This document shows positions 43,696-57,844 of a stretch of DNA of 64,000 bases, piece by piece. The notes below the pieces were generated by a model, which saw nothing but the letters and a program-made list of their open reading frames with translations, did not search any database and was not told where the DNA came from. How positions within the stretch are numbered: position 1 is the stretch's first letter; each line of letters opens with the position of its first letter. The stretch is from Piromyces finnis finn (lineage: Eukaryota; Fungi; Neocallimastigomycota): contig MCFH01000012.1 of the NCBI GenBank assembly GCA_002104945.1, positions 682,001-746,000 of the forward strand. Direction: 5' to 3'. Both the position numbers and the translations under genes were made by a program.

Positions 43696-46600
43696 ATGGT
43701 ATTTGTTTCTGTTTGTAGAGCATTATACGACTTTACTCCTGAGGAAGCTGATGCTAATGAACAATTAGCTTTTTCCGAAGGTGATATTTTATTTGTAACA
43801 GATAAAAGTAATTTTGATGATGAGAATCAAACAACAGAAGATAATGATTGGTGGGTTGCAAAACATGCAGATTTAGATGCTACTGGTGATATTCCAATTT
43901 CATATGTTGAAGAGGTAAAACTAATGAAAAGGAAAAAAAAAAATTCTTTTTTATTTTTATTATTTTATACTAGAATGTATGAATAACTTAATATTTTAAT
44001 AATTGCTAATGAATTTAAAGTTGAAATTTTTATTTAAATTAGTTAAAATTAATGAAATATATATAATATCATATAAAATAAAAGATTTCATGATAAAGGA
44101 AGAACCCCCCCTTTTTTTTTTTAACATTATAAAAACAAAAATTAATGAAATTATTTAAATAATAGTTAACTTCAATAGGTAAAGGTATTGCTTTGTATGA
44201 TTATGAAGCAAGTAATGAAGATGAAATTAATTTAGTAGAAGATGAATCTATTAATATTATATACAAGTTGGATGAAGACTGGTGGATAATTGAAAAAAAT
44301 GGCCAATATGGTCAATGTCCAGCTAATTATATTGAGGAAGAAGGTGCTGTTGAAGAAGAGGTAAGTTTAAAAAAATATAATATAGAATATTAACTTTTGA
44401 TATGAAATTTATTAAAAAACATGTAAATAATAATTCGACAACTTTTATTTAGTTTGATCAAGAAATAGAGGTTAACGAAACTTCACCAAATGAAAATTCT
44501 AATATTCAAAATTTAAATGCTGTATTAGCAGCTGCTGAAGCATCTCTCTCAGGACCTACCAATATTTCATACTATGATGTCACTGTAATTATTATTAAAT
44601 ATTTATTAGCTATATTTTTTTAAATATCAATTGTATCATAGTTATTACAACTATGTATAAGTAGTTATAAGCCCATTAAAATTTTATTATTTAATAATCT
44701 TTTTTTTCATGAAAATATTTTAATACATATTAAATAAAATAATCTATAGGAGGTTGAAAAGAAAAAAGGAAAAGTTATAAGAAAGGGAAAATTAGGTGTT
44801 AATACCGAAAATATATATTTATGTGATTCTGACAATGTAAGTTAATAATAAATAAATGGATTCATTTAAAGACTCCCATATATTATTTAATAAACATTAT
44901 TAATTTATTATATATAATAAACTTAAAATTTAATAGAAAGTGATTCAACAATGGGAACTTGGAAAATTAAAATTTTTCAAGAATAAAAAATTCAAGAAAT
45001 TAGATCTTAATTTTGGTACTGAAGTTCATGAATTTGAAACTAGTAAACAAAATATCGAGGCTATTGTTAAAGAAATTATTGATTCTCAAATGGTAAATAA
45101 AGCAAATAACATATATAAAGTAGAATATTTAATTATGCTGTTTTTGGCATTAATAATTTCATGATTATCTATTAAATAATTTGAAAATAATTAAATATTA
45201 TCAGAAAAGTAAGATAAAAACTACTTCACCAGCTGCTAATGCTGTCAGTGCTATTACTTTCTTAGCTAATAAGGCAAAGGAAGCTCAAAAGAATGCTGAA
45301 CCAGTAGTACCAGCTGCTCCAATAATTGAAGAAGAAATTGAAGAAGCTGAACCACCAAAAATTGCTAAAGTCCTATATGATTATGAAGCTACATTAGATG
45401 ATGATATCACTGTTCATGAAAATGATAATGTAATTGTTTTAGATGACTCAGATATTGATTGGTGGAAGGTTCGTGTTGTTTCAAAGAATGGAAAAGAAGG
45501 TATGGTTCCAAGTTCATATATTAAAGTTATGGTACCAGGTGAAGTTGATGAAGAACCAGAACCAGAAGCAGTTTATGAAGAAGTTGTAAGTTAATAAAGT
45601 ATTAGAAATTGTTTCTGATAGAATAAAGTATTAAACATATTATTAATAAACTTTAGGTTGACACATCAACTATTCCACCACCACTTCCTTCAAGAGGTAA
45701 GTTATTATTAAAATATTATGAAATAATTGAACTTTGTTTAATATTATTAATTTTAAATTATTGCGTAAATTCTAATAATAATTAAATGTAATAATAAAAG
45801 ATGATGATATAGCTCCTCCTCCATTACCAGATAGAGATATTGTACAATCTCCAACTATGATTACCCCACCAAATTTACCTCAAAGACCAAATATGGGTAA
45901 GTATTTAGATAAACATTTAATTCATATTGTTTTTAGAATGAAAATTTTAAAATAAACTTTTTTCTTTTAATAATGAAATAACAAAATTTATCAATTAATA
46001 GCAACATTACAAAGAACTCAAAGTAAGAAGTCAAAAAAATATTTATTAATATATAAATAAACAGTATAACTTGATTATATATATATTAATTTTTTTATAT
46101 ATAAATATTATTTTTTTTTAATAAAGCTGCACCAGTACTTCCAGCAAGACCACAAATGTCTGAAATTCCTGGTAATTATTAATTAAAATATATTAAATAG
46201 ATAGATATCATAAATTTTTTAATTTAAAATAATTTTAAACGATTTAATAATAAAACCAATATCTACAATTACCATCACTGCTACAACCACCACCACCACC
46301 ACAATAATAGATGAACCAGCTATCCCAAAAAGATCTTTCAGTATGTATTTTAATTTTGAAAAAATATATAAATGTTTGAAATTAAATAATAGAAAATAGA
46401 AAATTAATAAAATCACTATTTAAAATTTAAACAGCAAATAAAGTTATTGAAAGTCCTTCTACAATTACAATTACTAGAAGCCAAACCCAACATGTTAGAT
46501 CAGCAGGTAAATTTTATATTGAAAATAATACAATATAATTTTGTAGAGTATTTATTAATTTAACATTAAAAAATATAGGTAATATCATAGAACCAGATAT

Positions 46601-47982
46601 AAGATATGGTGCTAATTTAGATTTAAATCAACCATCTATTGATGTTGCAACACCACCAGCTCCACTTCGTTCACAATCACAAACATATCCACCACCACCA
46701 CCACAACAACAACAATCACCATCACAACAACCACAACCATGTAAATATAAAAATATAAATCATATAGTATTTAAAATAAAATGAAACAAAGAAATAATAA
46801 TTTAAAAAATATTTTTTTTAAAATTATTAAATATATTTATATTTTTGATAAATAATGAATAGCTACCGATAAGTATTCAAAGTTAAAGAGTAAGTTTTTT
46901 TTTTTTTAATATTAAAACAAAATAATATATCAATATTTATTATTTCAAGTACTGATATTTAAAATTGAAAAATTTTTCAAAATATAATCAAAAAATAGAA
47001 CCATTAAAAGAAAATCTTTGTGTATGGACTGATAAAACCGGTTCATTTGAAGTTGAAGCCCAGTTTTTAGGTTTAGTTGGTGATAAAGTTCATTTACATA
47101 AAGCAAATGGTGTTAAAATTGCTGTTCCATTAGAAAAATTAGATTCAAAGAATGTAGAATTTATCAAATCTCTTGTTGATAAAGACAATAAAAGTAATCA
47201 TTTAGTTATTCCACCACCACCAGCAGCTTCAAGAAAAGCTCCAGATGTTCCAAAAGCAACCCCACCAGCTAGAGCTCAACAAAGAAATAAATTCACCTAT
47301 CGTGGATTTAATTGGAAGAATTTCTTTGTTGAAGCTAATATTGAAGAAAAGAAAGCTGAAAAATATGCAAAAACTTTTGTTCATTCTATGTTGAATAAAT
47401 CCATCATAAAATCATTAGATGAAAACTCTTTAGCCACCTTTAATATTCAAAAGGAAGATATTCCATTAATTTTAAATTATATTAAGGAAATGGATAATAA
47501 AAAGAACGAGGCAGTTGTAAGCTATTTTTATATATTATATATATTATATTAATTAATTAATTTTTATTTCATCCTATTTTATATTAAATAATTTATTTCA
47601 TTCTATTTAAATATTCTATAATAATAATTTTACTAAATAGAATCAACAAGTTCAAAAAGATGCTGAATTAGCAAAGAAATTGCAAGACAAGGAATTTGAA
47701 AATATTCATCATTCAACATCTTTACCAAGAATTGATAATGAAGCTATCAATGAAACTATTAAGCAAGAAAATGAAAAAGAAAGATTAGAACAAGAAAAGA
47801 AGAACAATGAAGTTGTAGTTAAAGTTCCAGTCTTTTCAAAGCAAAATACTAGAAAAAGTAAAACTTTTTTTTTTTTTAATTTAATAAGAAAAATTAAATG
47901 ATAATTCCTATTAATTTATAGGAATATTATTAAATATTTCTAATAAAAATTATATAATAATTGCATAATATTAATAATTAAA

Positions 47983-48034
<52 letters not shown>

Positions 48035-50840
48035 TTTCACTTACATGTTTATAATATACCTATTTTTTTTAGAGCCAACTCAAGGTAAACAAATTACTTT
48101 TGATGAAATTGAAAAAATTCAGCAAGCTCTTTCTTCAGCATCTCCAGTTGCCGGTAAAAAAACTACAATCAAACATGAAAATGTTGTATCTCAAAGAGTT
48201 AGAGTTGGTTCTTCAAAATCAGAAGAGTTATTCCCAGGGGAAAATTGGGCTACACCATCAGCTAGACCACGTCCAACTGTTGATAAAAGTAAGCAGGTAC
48301 AAAAATTAAATTGGGATACAAATGAATTGAAGAATAATACTTCACTTGTTAAAAGACCAAATATGGGTAGTGGTTTTGATAATGATGCTTGGGCTGTTGA
48401 CAATAGTAATAATAGTAGTAACAATACTATTAACAAAAGTAGCAATAACAACAAGAATAACAGTAATAACAATAGCAATTCTAGCATAGATTTAAGTATA
48501 TTTAACAATACTCCTACCAAAGTTGAAAAGCCAAAAATTAATGCTAATTCTCTTCAAGCTCCATTAATTCCAACAAGTGGTACTGGATTAAACTTTGTTC
48601 CAACTGGTACTCCAAGTTTACCAACTTCAGCTGTTATAGCCTCCAAACAATCTAATCAAAATATTTTAAATCCTAGCTTTACTAATGCAGTTAGTAGCCA
48701 AAATACTGGTAACAGTATGAATAGCAACAACAGCATGAATAACATGAATAACATGAATAACAACATGAATAATAGCATGAATAACATGAATAACATGAAT
48801 AACAACATGAACAGTAGCATGAATAACATGAATAGCATGAATAACAACATGAACAATAGCATGAATAACATGAATAACATGAATAACAACATGAACAATA
48901 GCATGAATAACATGAATAACATGAATAATAGCATGAACAATATGAACAATAGTATGATGAATAATCAACTCAACAATAATTCTATGAATTCTATGAATAA
49001 TTCAATGAACAATATTATTTCGAACCAATTAACAGGTGGATCCATGAATACTATTCAAAATCAAAGAACTGGTGGTTCTATGAACCTTATTAAAAGTAAT
49101 ATGACAGGTGGATCTATGAATGGTATCCAAAGCCAAAGAACTGGTGGTTCCATGAATAGTATTCAAAATCAAAGAACTGGTGGATCTATGAATGGCATCC
49201 AAAGCCAATATACTGGTGGATCTATGAATGGAATCCAAAATCAATTCACTGGTAATTCTTTGAATGGCAGTAGTAATAGTTTAACAATAAAACAACAATT
49301 CACCGGAAGCAGTAATAATAATAATTTCTTAAGTAATAATACATCTCCAACAAAAGACTTATTCGACAACTTAAATCCATTAAAGGGTATGAAGACTTCA
49401 CAAAATTCCTCTGCAACTGATTTAGCATTATCTTCTAGTGCCTTCAGTCCAATAACAAGTACTGTTACTCAAACTGTTATTTCTAATCCAATTCAGAAAC
49501 AAGTTCAAACTACAATTGTTCGTCAAACAACCAATCTTCAAAATATCTCTTCCCAAGGAATGAATTCAATCATGAATAATAACATCTCTACCAATACTAA
49601 TATTAATAGTTTAGGTATGAATTCATCTTCTTTAGGTGGAAGTGCTGTCACCAGTCCAATTATGGGTTCCTCATTGAATACTGGTCTTGGTTCTTCTTCT
49701 TCTAGTCTTAATACAGGTTTAGGTGCTACAGGTCTTAGTACCACTTCAGGTCTTGGTGTTTCTGGTCTTAACTCTGGTCTTGGTGCTTCATCAAGCTTAA
49801 GTACTAGTTTAGTTCCAGCTTCTAGTATTAATACTGGTTTAGGTGCAGCCTCTGGACTTGGTGTTACAGGACTTGGTGCTTCATCCAATATTAATAGTGG
49901 TCTTGGAAGTACAGGTTTAAGTTCTATTGGACTTAATTCAAGCCTTGGATCCACTAGTCTTGGAGCAACTACTGGACTTGCCACTACTGGACTTGGTGCT
50001 ACCGGTCTTGGAACCAGTGGCCTTGGTGCTACTGCAGGACTTGGAACTACTGGGTTAAGTGCCACTGGTCTTGGTGCTACTGCAGGTCTTGGAACTACTG
50101 GGTTAAGTGCCACTGGTCTTGGTGCTACTGCAGGTCTTGGTACCTCAAGACTTGGTACAACTGGTATAGGCGCTACAGGACTTGGTGTTTCTGGATTAGG
50201 TGCCACTGGTCTTGGTGCTACAGGTTTAGGTACTACAGGACTTGGTGCCACTGGCCTTGGTGCTACAGGTTTAGGTACAACAGGACTTGGTGCCACTGGT
50301 CTTGGTGCTACAGGTTTAGGTACTACAGGACTTGGTGCCACTGGTCTTGGTGCTACAGGTTTAGGTACTACAGGACTTGGTGCCACTGGTCTTGGTGCTA
50401 CAGGTTTAGGTACTACAGGTTTGGGTGCCACTGGTCTTGGTGCTACAGGTTTAGGTGCTACAGGTTTAGGTACTACAGGTTTAGGTACTACAGGTTTGGG
50501 TGCCACTGGTCTTGGTGCTACAGGTTTAGGTGCCACTGGATTAGGTACTACAGGTTTAGGTGCCACTGGTCTTGGTGCTACAGGTTTAGGTACTACGGGG
50601 CTTGGTGCCACTACTGGATTAGGTGCCACAGGATTAAGTGGTGTAGCCACCATAAATCAAACTACTACAATAAGTGGAATTAACCCATCTTCTCTTTCAT
50701 TGCAACAACAAAGTGACTTGTTAAAATTACAGCAACAACAATTATTATTATCACAAAATGGAGCTTTAAATGACAAAGTAAAAGACTATACAAATTATGG
50801 AATGTATAATTCAAATTTAGGCAGTAATTATATGCGTTAA
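43696..50840 (+). CDS. SLA1: Endocytic adaptor Sla1: three SH3 domains, SHD1, SAM/SHD2, C-terminal repeats
   Basis: SH3 motifs ALYDF..WW..GDIPISYV, ALYDY..WW..GQCPANYI and VLYDY..WWKV..GMVPSSYI. SHD1: WTDKTGSFEVEAQFLG..VHLHKANGVKIAVPLEKL. SHD2: FNWKNFFVEANIE..KYAKTF. C-terminal IxxQxTG repeats. Confidence 0.92.
49990..50635 (+). repeat. Coding 15-bp tandem repeat, (GLGAT/GLGTT)n, in the last SLA1 exon, with 45-bp higher-order units at 50208-50432
   Basis: Read directly. It also explains the antisense VAPKP ORF at 49538-50653. Confidence 0.92.
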
Positions 50841-52220
50841 GTTTATATTTTTAATAATCCTTAACAAAATTTTTTTATTATTATAAAAAATTCATTTTAT
50901 CAAACCTATAAATATATAATACATTATATTAAAATTTTATTAACAAAGATATTTTTCTTTATTTTTTTTTTAAAAAAAATATAAATATAAAAAAATGTAT
51001 CATAATATAATATAAAAAGAAAAAAATTAAAAAAAAAGGAAAGGATTTTATATTATTATATAATTTCAATATAGAAAAAAAAAAAAAAAAAAAAAACACA
51101 TAAAAGAAAAAAAAAATTAATATAATCTATACACAATAATAAATATAATTACTACTATTATTAATAGTAATAATACTAATACTAATAATAATACTAATAA
51201 TACTAATAATACAAATAATATAAATAATATAAATAATATAAATACTATAAATACTATAAATAATAATCAAAATATAATTGACTTTAAATTTATCTGTCTT
51301 TTAAATATAAACACTAAACACAAAATAATAATAATAATAATATCTATACCTAATCATATAAAATAAAATTATTTATAAATATTAATTCACAAAAGCATTT
51401 AAAAATATTTTTTTTTAAAAAAAAAACTCCATTTATATATATATAACGTAGTAGTATTTTTTTTTTTATTTTTATTTTTATTATTATTAAATCAAAATTA
51501 ATTAATATTAAAAAGCAAAAACAAAATAATAACAAAATAATAAAAAAGAAAGAAATAATATATATATATATAAATAAAAAAAAATAAATATGAATAATAA
51601 ATATATTAATGAATATATATTAATGCCAAATCAAAACTAAAAAATCCAAACAAAAAACCAAAAAGACAAAACCCAAACTAAAAAAAAAATCAAACAAATT
51701 AATCAAAAAAAAAAGAAAAGAAAAATAAAGAATTTAAAAAAAAATTCTTTTTTCCTTTTTTTTTTTTTTTAATACACTTTTAACATATCTTTTAAAATAA
51801 TAATAATAAATATAAAATCCCTTTTTCTTTTTCTTTTTTTTTTTTTTCTTTTTAAAAAATAAAGAAAACAAATATATATATATATCATAATTAATATAAT
51901 AAATCCATTCTTTATAAAAAAGTTTTTTATTTTAATATTTTATCTTCCTTTTAAAAAAAAAAAAAAAAAAAAAAAAGTTTGTTACACCAAAATTATATTA
52001 AAAAAAACTTTTAATAGTGTTTCTTAAAGATTTTTATGAAGGAGAAGGGTAAAAGATAAACTTTGGCAAATAGAAAATTTGAATTTTATTTATTTATTAT
52101 TTTTTTTTTTATTTTATTTTTACTTATTTTCCCCTAAATGTATCCTTTTTATAAAGGATATCTTGTATTATTTAATGACGTACTATGGAATTATATATAA
52201 TAAAAAAATAAAAAAAAAAA

Positions 52221-54284
52221 TTAAAATTCAATTAATATGGCAGGTCGATGTAAATTAAAATAGTTTATTAGCAAGGATTGATTCAGTAATGGACACAGTT
52301 TTAATTGTAGTTGAATTAAATGTTTAAAATGACTGGTCCAAGATAATGTGGTTAAATCTTCATTTTCTAACCAACTTATATCATTTAATAATAAAAAGTT
52401 TAAATGTTTAAGTAAATGAGATATCATAAAAAGAACATTATGCCCATTATATTCTATAAGCGTTCCAGATATATTTAAATATTTTAAATTAGGTACATAT
52501 TCACCTAAAATTTGAACAAGTGGTATCATTTTAGGTGAAAGGAAACTACAATAGGAAATGTCTAAGGATGTTAAATTTCGAAAACCTTTAAACGTTTCAA
52601 TGGATTGATGGGACTGTGATAGCGTAAGATGCTTTTTAAATTTTTTTTCTAATATTTTAATTTCTTCTTTTATTTTTAAATTTTCATTCTCAACATATAT
52701 TTCTTCTTCTTCTTCTTCTTCCTGCTCTTCTTCCACTTTAATTTCTTTTTTTTTTTTTTAAATGAAAAAATATATATATATATGTATATGTATATATGTA
52801 CAAATAATAATAGAATTATTAAAATGAATGTTTTGTGTACATAGATATTATTATTTTTATTATTAAAACTATTTTATTTTTGTGAGAGATATAAAGTTAT
52901 ATAAAAAAAAAATTTTTTTTTTATTTAATATTTTACCTTGTATTTGTTGACTTTCTTCATCGGATGAATCATAGATATCTTCCCAACTATCACGAGGGGT
53001 TATTTCTTCTTCTTTTTCTTTATTATTTATATTATAATTCGTTAATTCCATAATGCTATTACTATTACTATTGCTATTACTGATATTGTTTTTAGTGTCT
53101 ATGGTTGTTGTATTTGAAGTATGATGTTTAGTAATATACCGAATTTTAAGAATAGTTGATAACACAGGAAAAGTTACAACAGAATGAACCAAATGTAAGT
53201 GACTAAAACCCGATTCTAAAAATAAATTAATTAATATTTCATTGGTTATTTGAGAGTTGTAAATGGGTATTCTATTCATAATTAATTCTTTTAAATGAAC
53301 AGGTAAATATTGAAAATTTCTAATCACTTTTTCATTTTCGATTGAACAAGCGATTTTTTTAATACAAATATTTTTCAGGGATAGTTTTTCATTGATTTTG
53401 TATGGCTCAGCTAATTATATTTTTATAGATAGATAGATAGATAGATAAATATGGTTATAACTATTAATAATGGCAAATTACTTTTTTTTTTTTAAAAAAA
53501 ACTTATTTACACTGACATGTTGCTATAAATAACATGAATTTTAAAATAATTAATGAAATACTATAGACTATAGTAATTGGAAAAAAAGAAAACACATATA
53601 TATATTACATGCATCATTATTAACATATAATAAAAAAAAAAAAAAAAAAAAAAGAAACAGCAAATTATTAACTATTAAAAAAAGAAAATGATAAATTTTA
53701 AAATGCATATTAAAATGACATTTCCAATTAAATATTGAAAAATTAAATAGAAATTCATTGTAAATTATAGATATCATTAGAAAATCCACTCATTTAGTTA
53801 TGTATATGTATGTATTTCATTTATATATATAAATTGGTATTTTAAATAAAAACAAAAAAGCCATAATGTTTTTTTTTTTTTTTTTTTTCCTTTTTAAAAT
53901 TTTTATTTTTTTTTTTTTTTAAAAAAAAAAATTAATTATAAATTTCTTTTTTTATAGTGTTAATCAATTACCTTTATACTTTGAAGTATTTGCATTTTGT
54001 TTCCAGGAAGCTGGTATAGGCCCTACAAAAGTAGGTATTCTATTATTTTTTTGTTTTGTAAGTTTTCTTGTATAGTTTAGGTATGAATCTGCTGATGAGG
54101 TTGATGGGTTATCATATTGCGGTTGAATTTTATACTTTGAAGCTGTGTTTAAATGAAGGCGTTCCTCGAACGTTAAATTTTTCAATTTCTTTTTATTTTT
54201 TTCTTTCTGATACCGTTTTTCCGAGGTTGTATTAACAATTTCTTTTATTTTATTTAACCTTTTGGTGTTTTTTTTTTTTGCCAT
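52221..54284 (-). CDS. Leucine-rich-repeat (RNI-like) protein, 3 exons
   Basis: Basic N-terminal exon, then EKLSLKNICIKKIA..FQYLPVHLKELIM and LRR-type segments FRNLTSLDISYC, VPNLKYLNISGT, FKHLIQLQLKLCP. GT-AG junctions keep the frame. Confidence 0.7.
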
Positions 54285-54949
54285 ATCATTTATAATGTAA
54301 AAAAAAAAAAGAAAATTAATTTTAAATATTAAAACTTTAATAATTATTTTTTTTTATTTTTTTTATATGAATCACAATATAAACGTTAAAATACATAAAA
54401 GAGAATGGTTAAAAAAAAAAAAAAAAAAAATATTATTTTCTTTATTAAAATAGTAATAAACACCTTCTTAAAACAACTCATCATTATTATGTAAAACAAA
54501 TAAAGACCAAATTTTATGTATATAAAGAATTTGCTATTTTATTTATTTTATATTTATATAAAACTGTTATATTCTTAATAATTGATATAAATCATAAAAA
54601 GTTGATAATAACCCTTTCTTTTTTTTTTTTTTATTACAGTGTATTAATTTTTTTTTTTTAAAAAAAAAAAAAAAGAATAAAGGTGGGAATATCATAAAGT
54701 AATCTATATATTATATGTTGATAATAATCTTTATAATATTCAAAATAAACTTTTATCAATAAAATAAAAAATTTTCTTATTAAAATACTGTTAACCTATA
54801 CCTATATTTTATTGTTATATTAGCAATTCAACTTAATAAATATTTATATACTCTATACCTTTTTTTTTTAATTGTTATTACTATTATTATCATTATAAGT
54901 ATATAAATTTCTATTTTTTCAAATTTTTTTTTTTTTTTAATTAGTATTG

Positions 54950-56356
54950 TTATTTACTTTCATTTTTATAATTTAATAAACGTTGTACTTGTTCAATATT
55001 ATTGGTATCTTTTAACCATTTATAAAAATCATTTCGAACTATTTCATTAATATCATCTTTGGTTGATTCAACTCTCTTTTCTGTTGATGGTTCATTATTT
55101 TCGGTATTATGATAATTGTTATTATCATTAAGTATATTATCATTATCATTATAGATTAAATTTTTATCTGATAAAATTCGTTGAACAATACAGTGTCCGT
55201 TGTGTTTATGCATTACACTTTTATAATAATCGGTCGGTAATTTATTTAAAACATTTTTACTATATACGGAATCAACCTCGTCACTTTCATAATTGAGACA
55301 TTCGTTGGATCCCTTTTTACTTTTTGATTTTGATGATTTTTCTGATGTTTTACTAGCTAAACTTTTTTTAGATCCACTAGTATTTTTCAATTTTGTTGTT
55401 GATTTTTCTTTTTTACTACCACCACCACCACTGCTACTACCACCACTACTTTTTTTATTAGATTTTGAAATATCTAGGGTGGAACTATGCTGATAATTTT
55501 CATCATATTCTAAATTTTGGATATTATCAATACTATAGGTTTTAATATTTAATTTAGATTTGGATTTTTTCTTTTTACTGAAAATAGGTATTACGAAAAG
55601 TTCATATTGTTCCGATGGTAATAAAAATAATTTTTGAATTTTTTCTTGAAGAGATAAATTCGACTTTTTTAGATTGAGTACCTTACTTAATTTATGATAA
55701 ATATTAATTTCTGAATCTTGACTGGTATCTTTTGATTTTTGATTATTCATAGTCTCGTTGTTATTATCATCACCGCCATTTCTTGTTATTTGAAGATTTT
55801 CGTATTGTTCATGGAGAGCTTTTTCAAAATCACTTTGACTAAACCATACTAATCGTAAATTATTCCAATTATTTTTTTGTCCATTCGTTAATTGAATTTG
55901 TGCTTGTTTAATATTTTTATTAATGCTTTTATACCATGAATTAATTGGAGCAAAAAATAGAGAATGAATACATTTACCTATTAATAATGAAGGTTTTTTA
56001 ATATATAAATAAGCAGTAATATTTTGACATCTTTCAAAGGTAGCCTGTTCTGTACAGGCTGAAAATTTAATATCTTGAACGGTATTGAGGGTTAATCTTG
56101 AAGAAATACAACCAAAAATACATTTACAATGATGACAATTTGTAATAGTTATTGATTTCACCGTAGTTAATATATAAATTTCACAGTAACTAATATTTTG
56201 TAGGTGTAAATGTGTATTTTCAATATATTCTTTGGGTATATAAATAAATTTTTTGGATTGATTTTTTAAAATGACTTTTTTTTTTTTTTAAAAAAAAATA
56301 AAGAAAATAAATTAATTTTAAATTAAAAATTTTAAGGATTATTTAAATATAAAATT

Positions 56357-56394
<38 letters not shown>

Positions 56395-57844
56395 TTAAAA
56401 TAAAAATTTACCATGTCGATTGATGTTGTGTTTAAGCGATTCTTTTAAATAAAATGCTGGTGGAAAAGTACCTCGAATTACACCACCTTCTGAACATATC
56501 AATTCAACGATAGGTAATAATTTAATAGAAATAAGTGGTGTAGGTTTAAATGGATCTAACTTGTCATAAAGATTATTTAATTGTTGAGTAGTATTTACCA
56601 ATTTATCAAAAATCCATTGATTAACATCTTTAATTTTAAGATAATCAAACGATTTTCCCTTGATTTTCGTAATATTTTGAATCATTGCTAGGGAAGCTAA
56701 AGAGGTATTATAACAAGGTAAAAATTCTTCTAATTTTCCATATCTAGAATAATCAATGGGATCATTTTCGTCTTGTAAGGAATCATTTTCCGTACCATTA
56801 TAAATAATGGTATTTTTACATTCTTTCACTTTACAAAATATTAAATCAATAATTTTACAATTTGTAGATGAAATAACGGTGGATGGAACTCTATTTTCGA
56901 AATAATCCGATAGTTGCCCATTTTCATTCATATAATTATACTTTTCTTCGTCATGGTTTGATTTATCTAAAAGACAATTCATTAAATATAGGTATTTATT
57001 TAAATTTCTAATCCAAAAAAATAAATTATCATTATAGTCAAAATGTGGATCTTCAATATTATCGTGAATTTCAATGTACAAATCTTCTATTTCACTTTTA
57101 TTTTCTATATTTAATTTTTTTTTTTTTTATATATATTTATATATATATTTTATTTTATTTTCCACCAAATAATAAAAAAAATATTGATTATTAATTAAAT
57201 AATATAACATTTAGAGGATATACAATAAAATATTAGTTTATTTTTATTCTATTTTATATACATATCTATCTATCCATCAATATATCAATATATCAATATA
57301 TATATATTTGCGATATACCTTCTTTAATTTGAATAAGTTGATAAAATAAAAATGTTATAAAAAAAGGCCAGCCCCATATATAATTACTTCTATCAAATTC
57401 AACAGTTTCATCATTCATATTTACTAAAAGTTCAACAGAAGTTTGAGGTGACAATTTTTTCTTTGATTTTCCTTTATTTTTTTTATGACTACTGTCACTT
57501 GAAGAGGTATTTAAGGTAGAATTTGATCTTGAATTTAAACTTTTTGATTTTTTAATTTGAGCATTTAATTCTTCTAAATTTTTATTTTGTACCACAAGTT
57601 TAGCTATTGAACTCCAAGTATCATAATAAACATTGGATTGGTAATAATCCATATCCAAGTATTGATTAGCTAATTCTTTCCATACCTCTCTTTCACAATT
57701 TGCTAGCTGCCCCGTTGAAAAATTTGAAAGTCGAGTAGAAAGGTTGATTAACGCATCATAAAATAAATTTGGGTTTTTATTATAATTGGGTAAAAGAGGG
57801 AGTTGAATAAAATTTCGAAGTAATGGATGTAATATAAGAATCAT
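54950..57844 (-). CDS. TBCCD1: TBCC-domain-containing protein 1 (centrosome/basal-body protein)
   Basis: N-terminal ILHPLLRNFIQLP..EVWKELANQYLDMDYYQSNVYYDTW resembles the TBCCD1 N-terminus. Cofactor-C beta-helix: ISYCEIYILTTVKSITITNCHHCKCIFGCISSRLTLNTVQDIKFSACTEQATFERCQNITAYLY..FAPINSWY. The start (57844) is tentative. Confidence 0.75.

Noticed and set aside
49538-50653. 371-aa VAPKP-repeat ORF and other repeat-rich antisense ORFs (1158-1486, 48656-48968, 16637-16987, 34631-34987)
   Set aside because: These are shadow frames of repetitive or biased coding sequence on the opposite strand.
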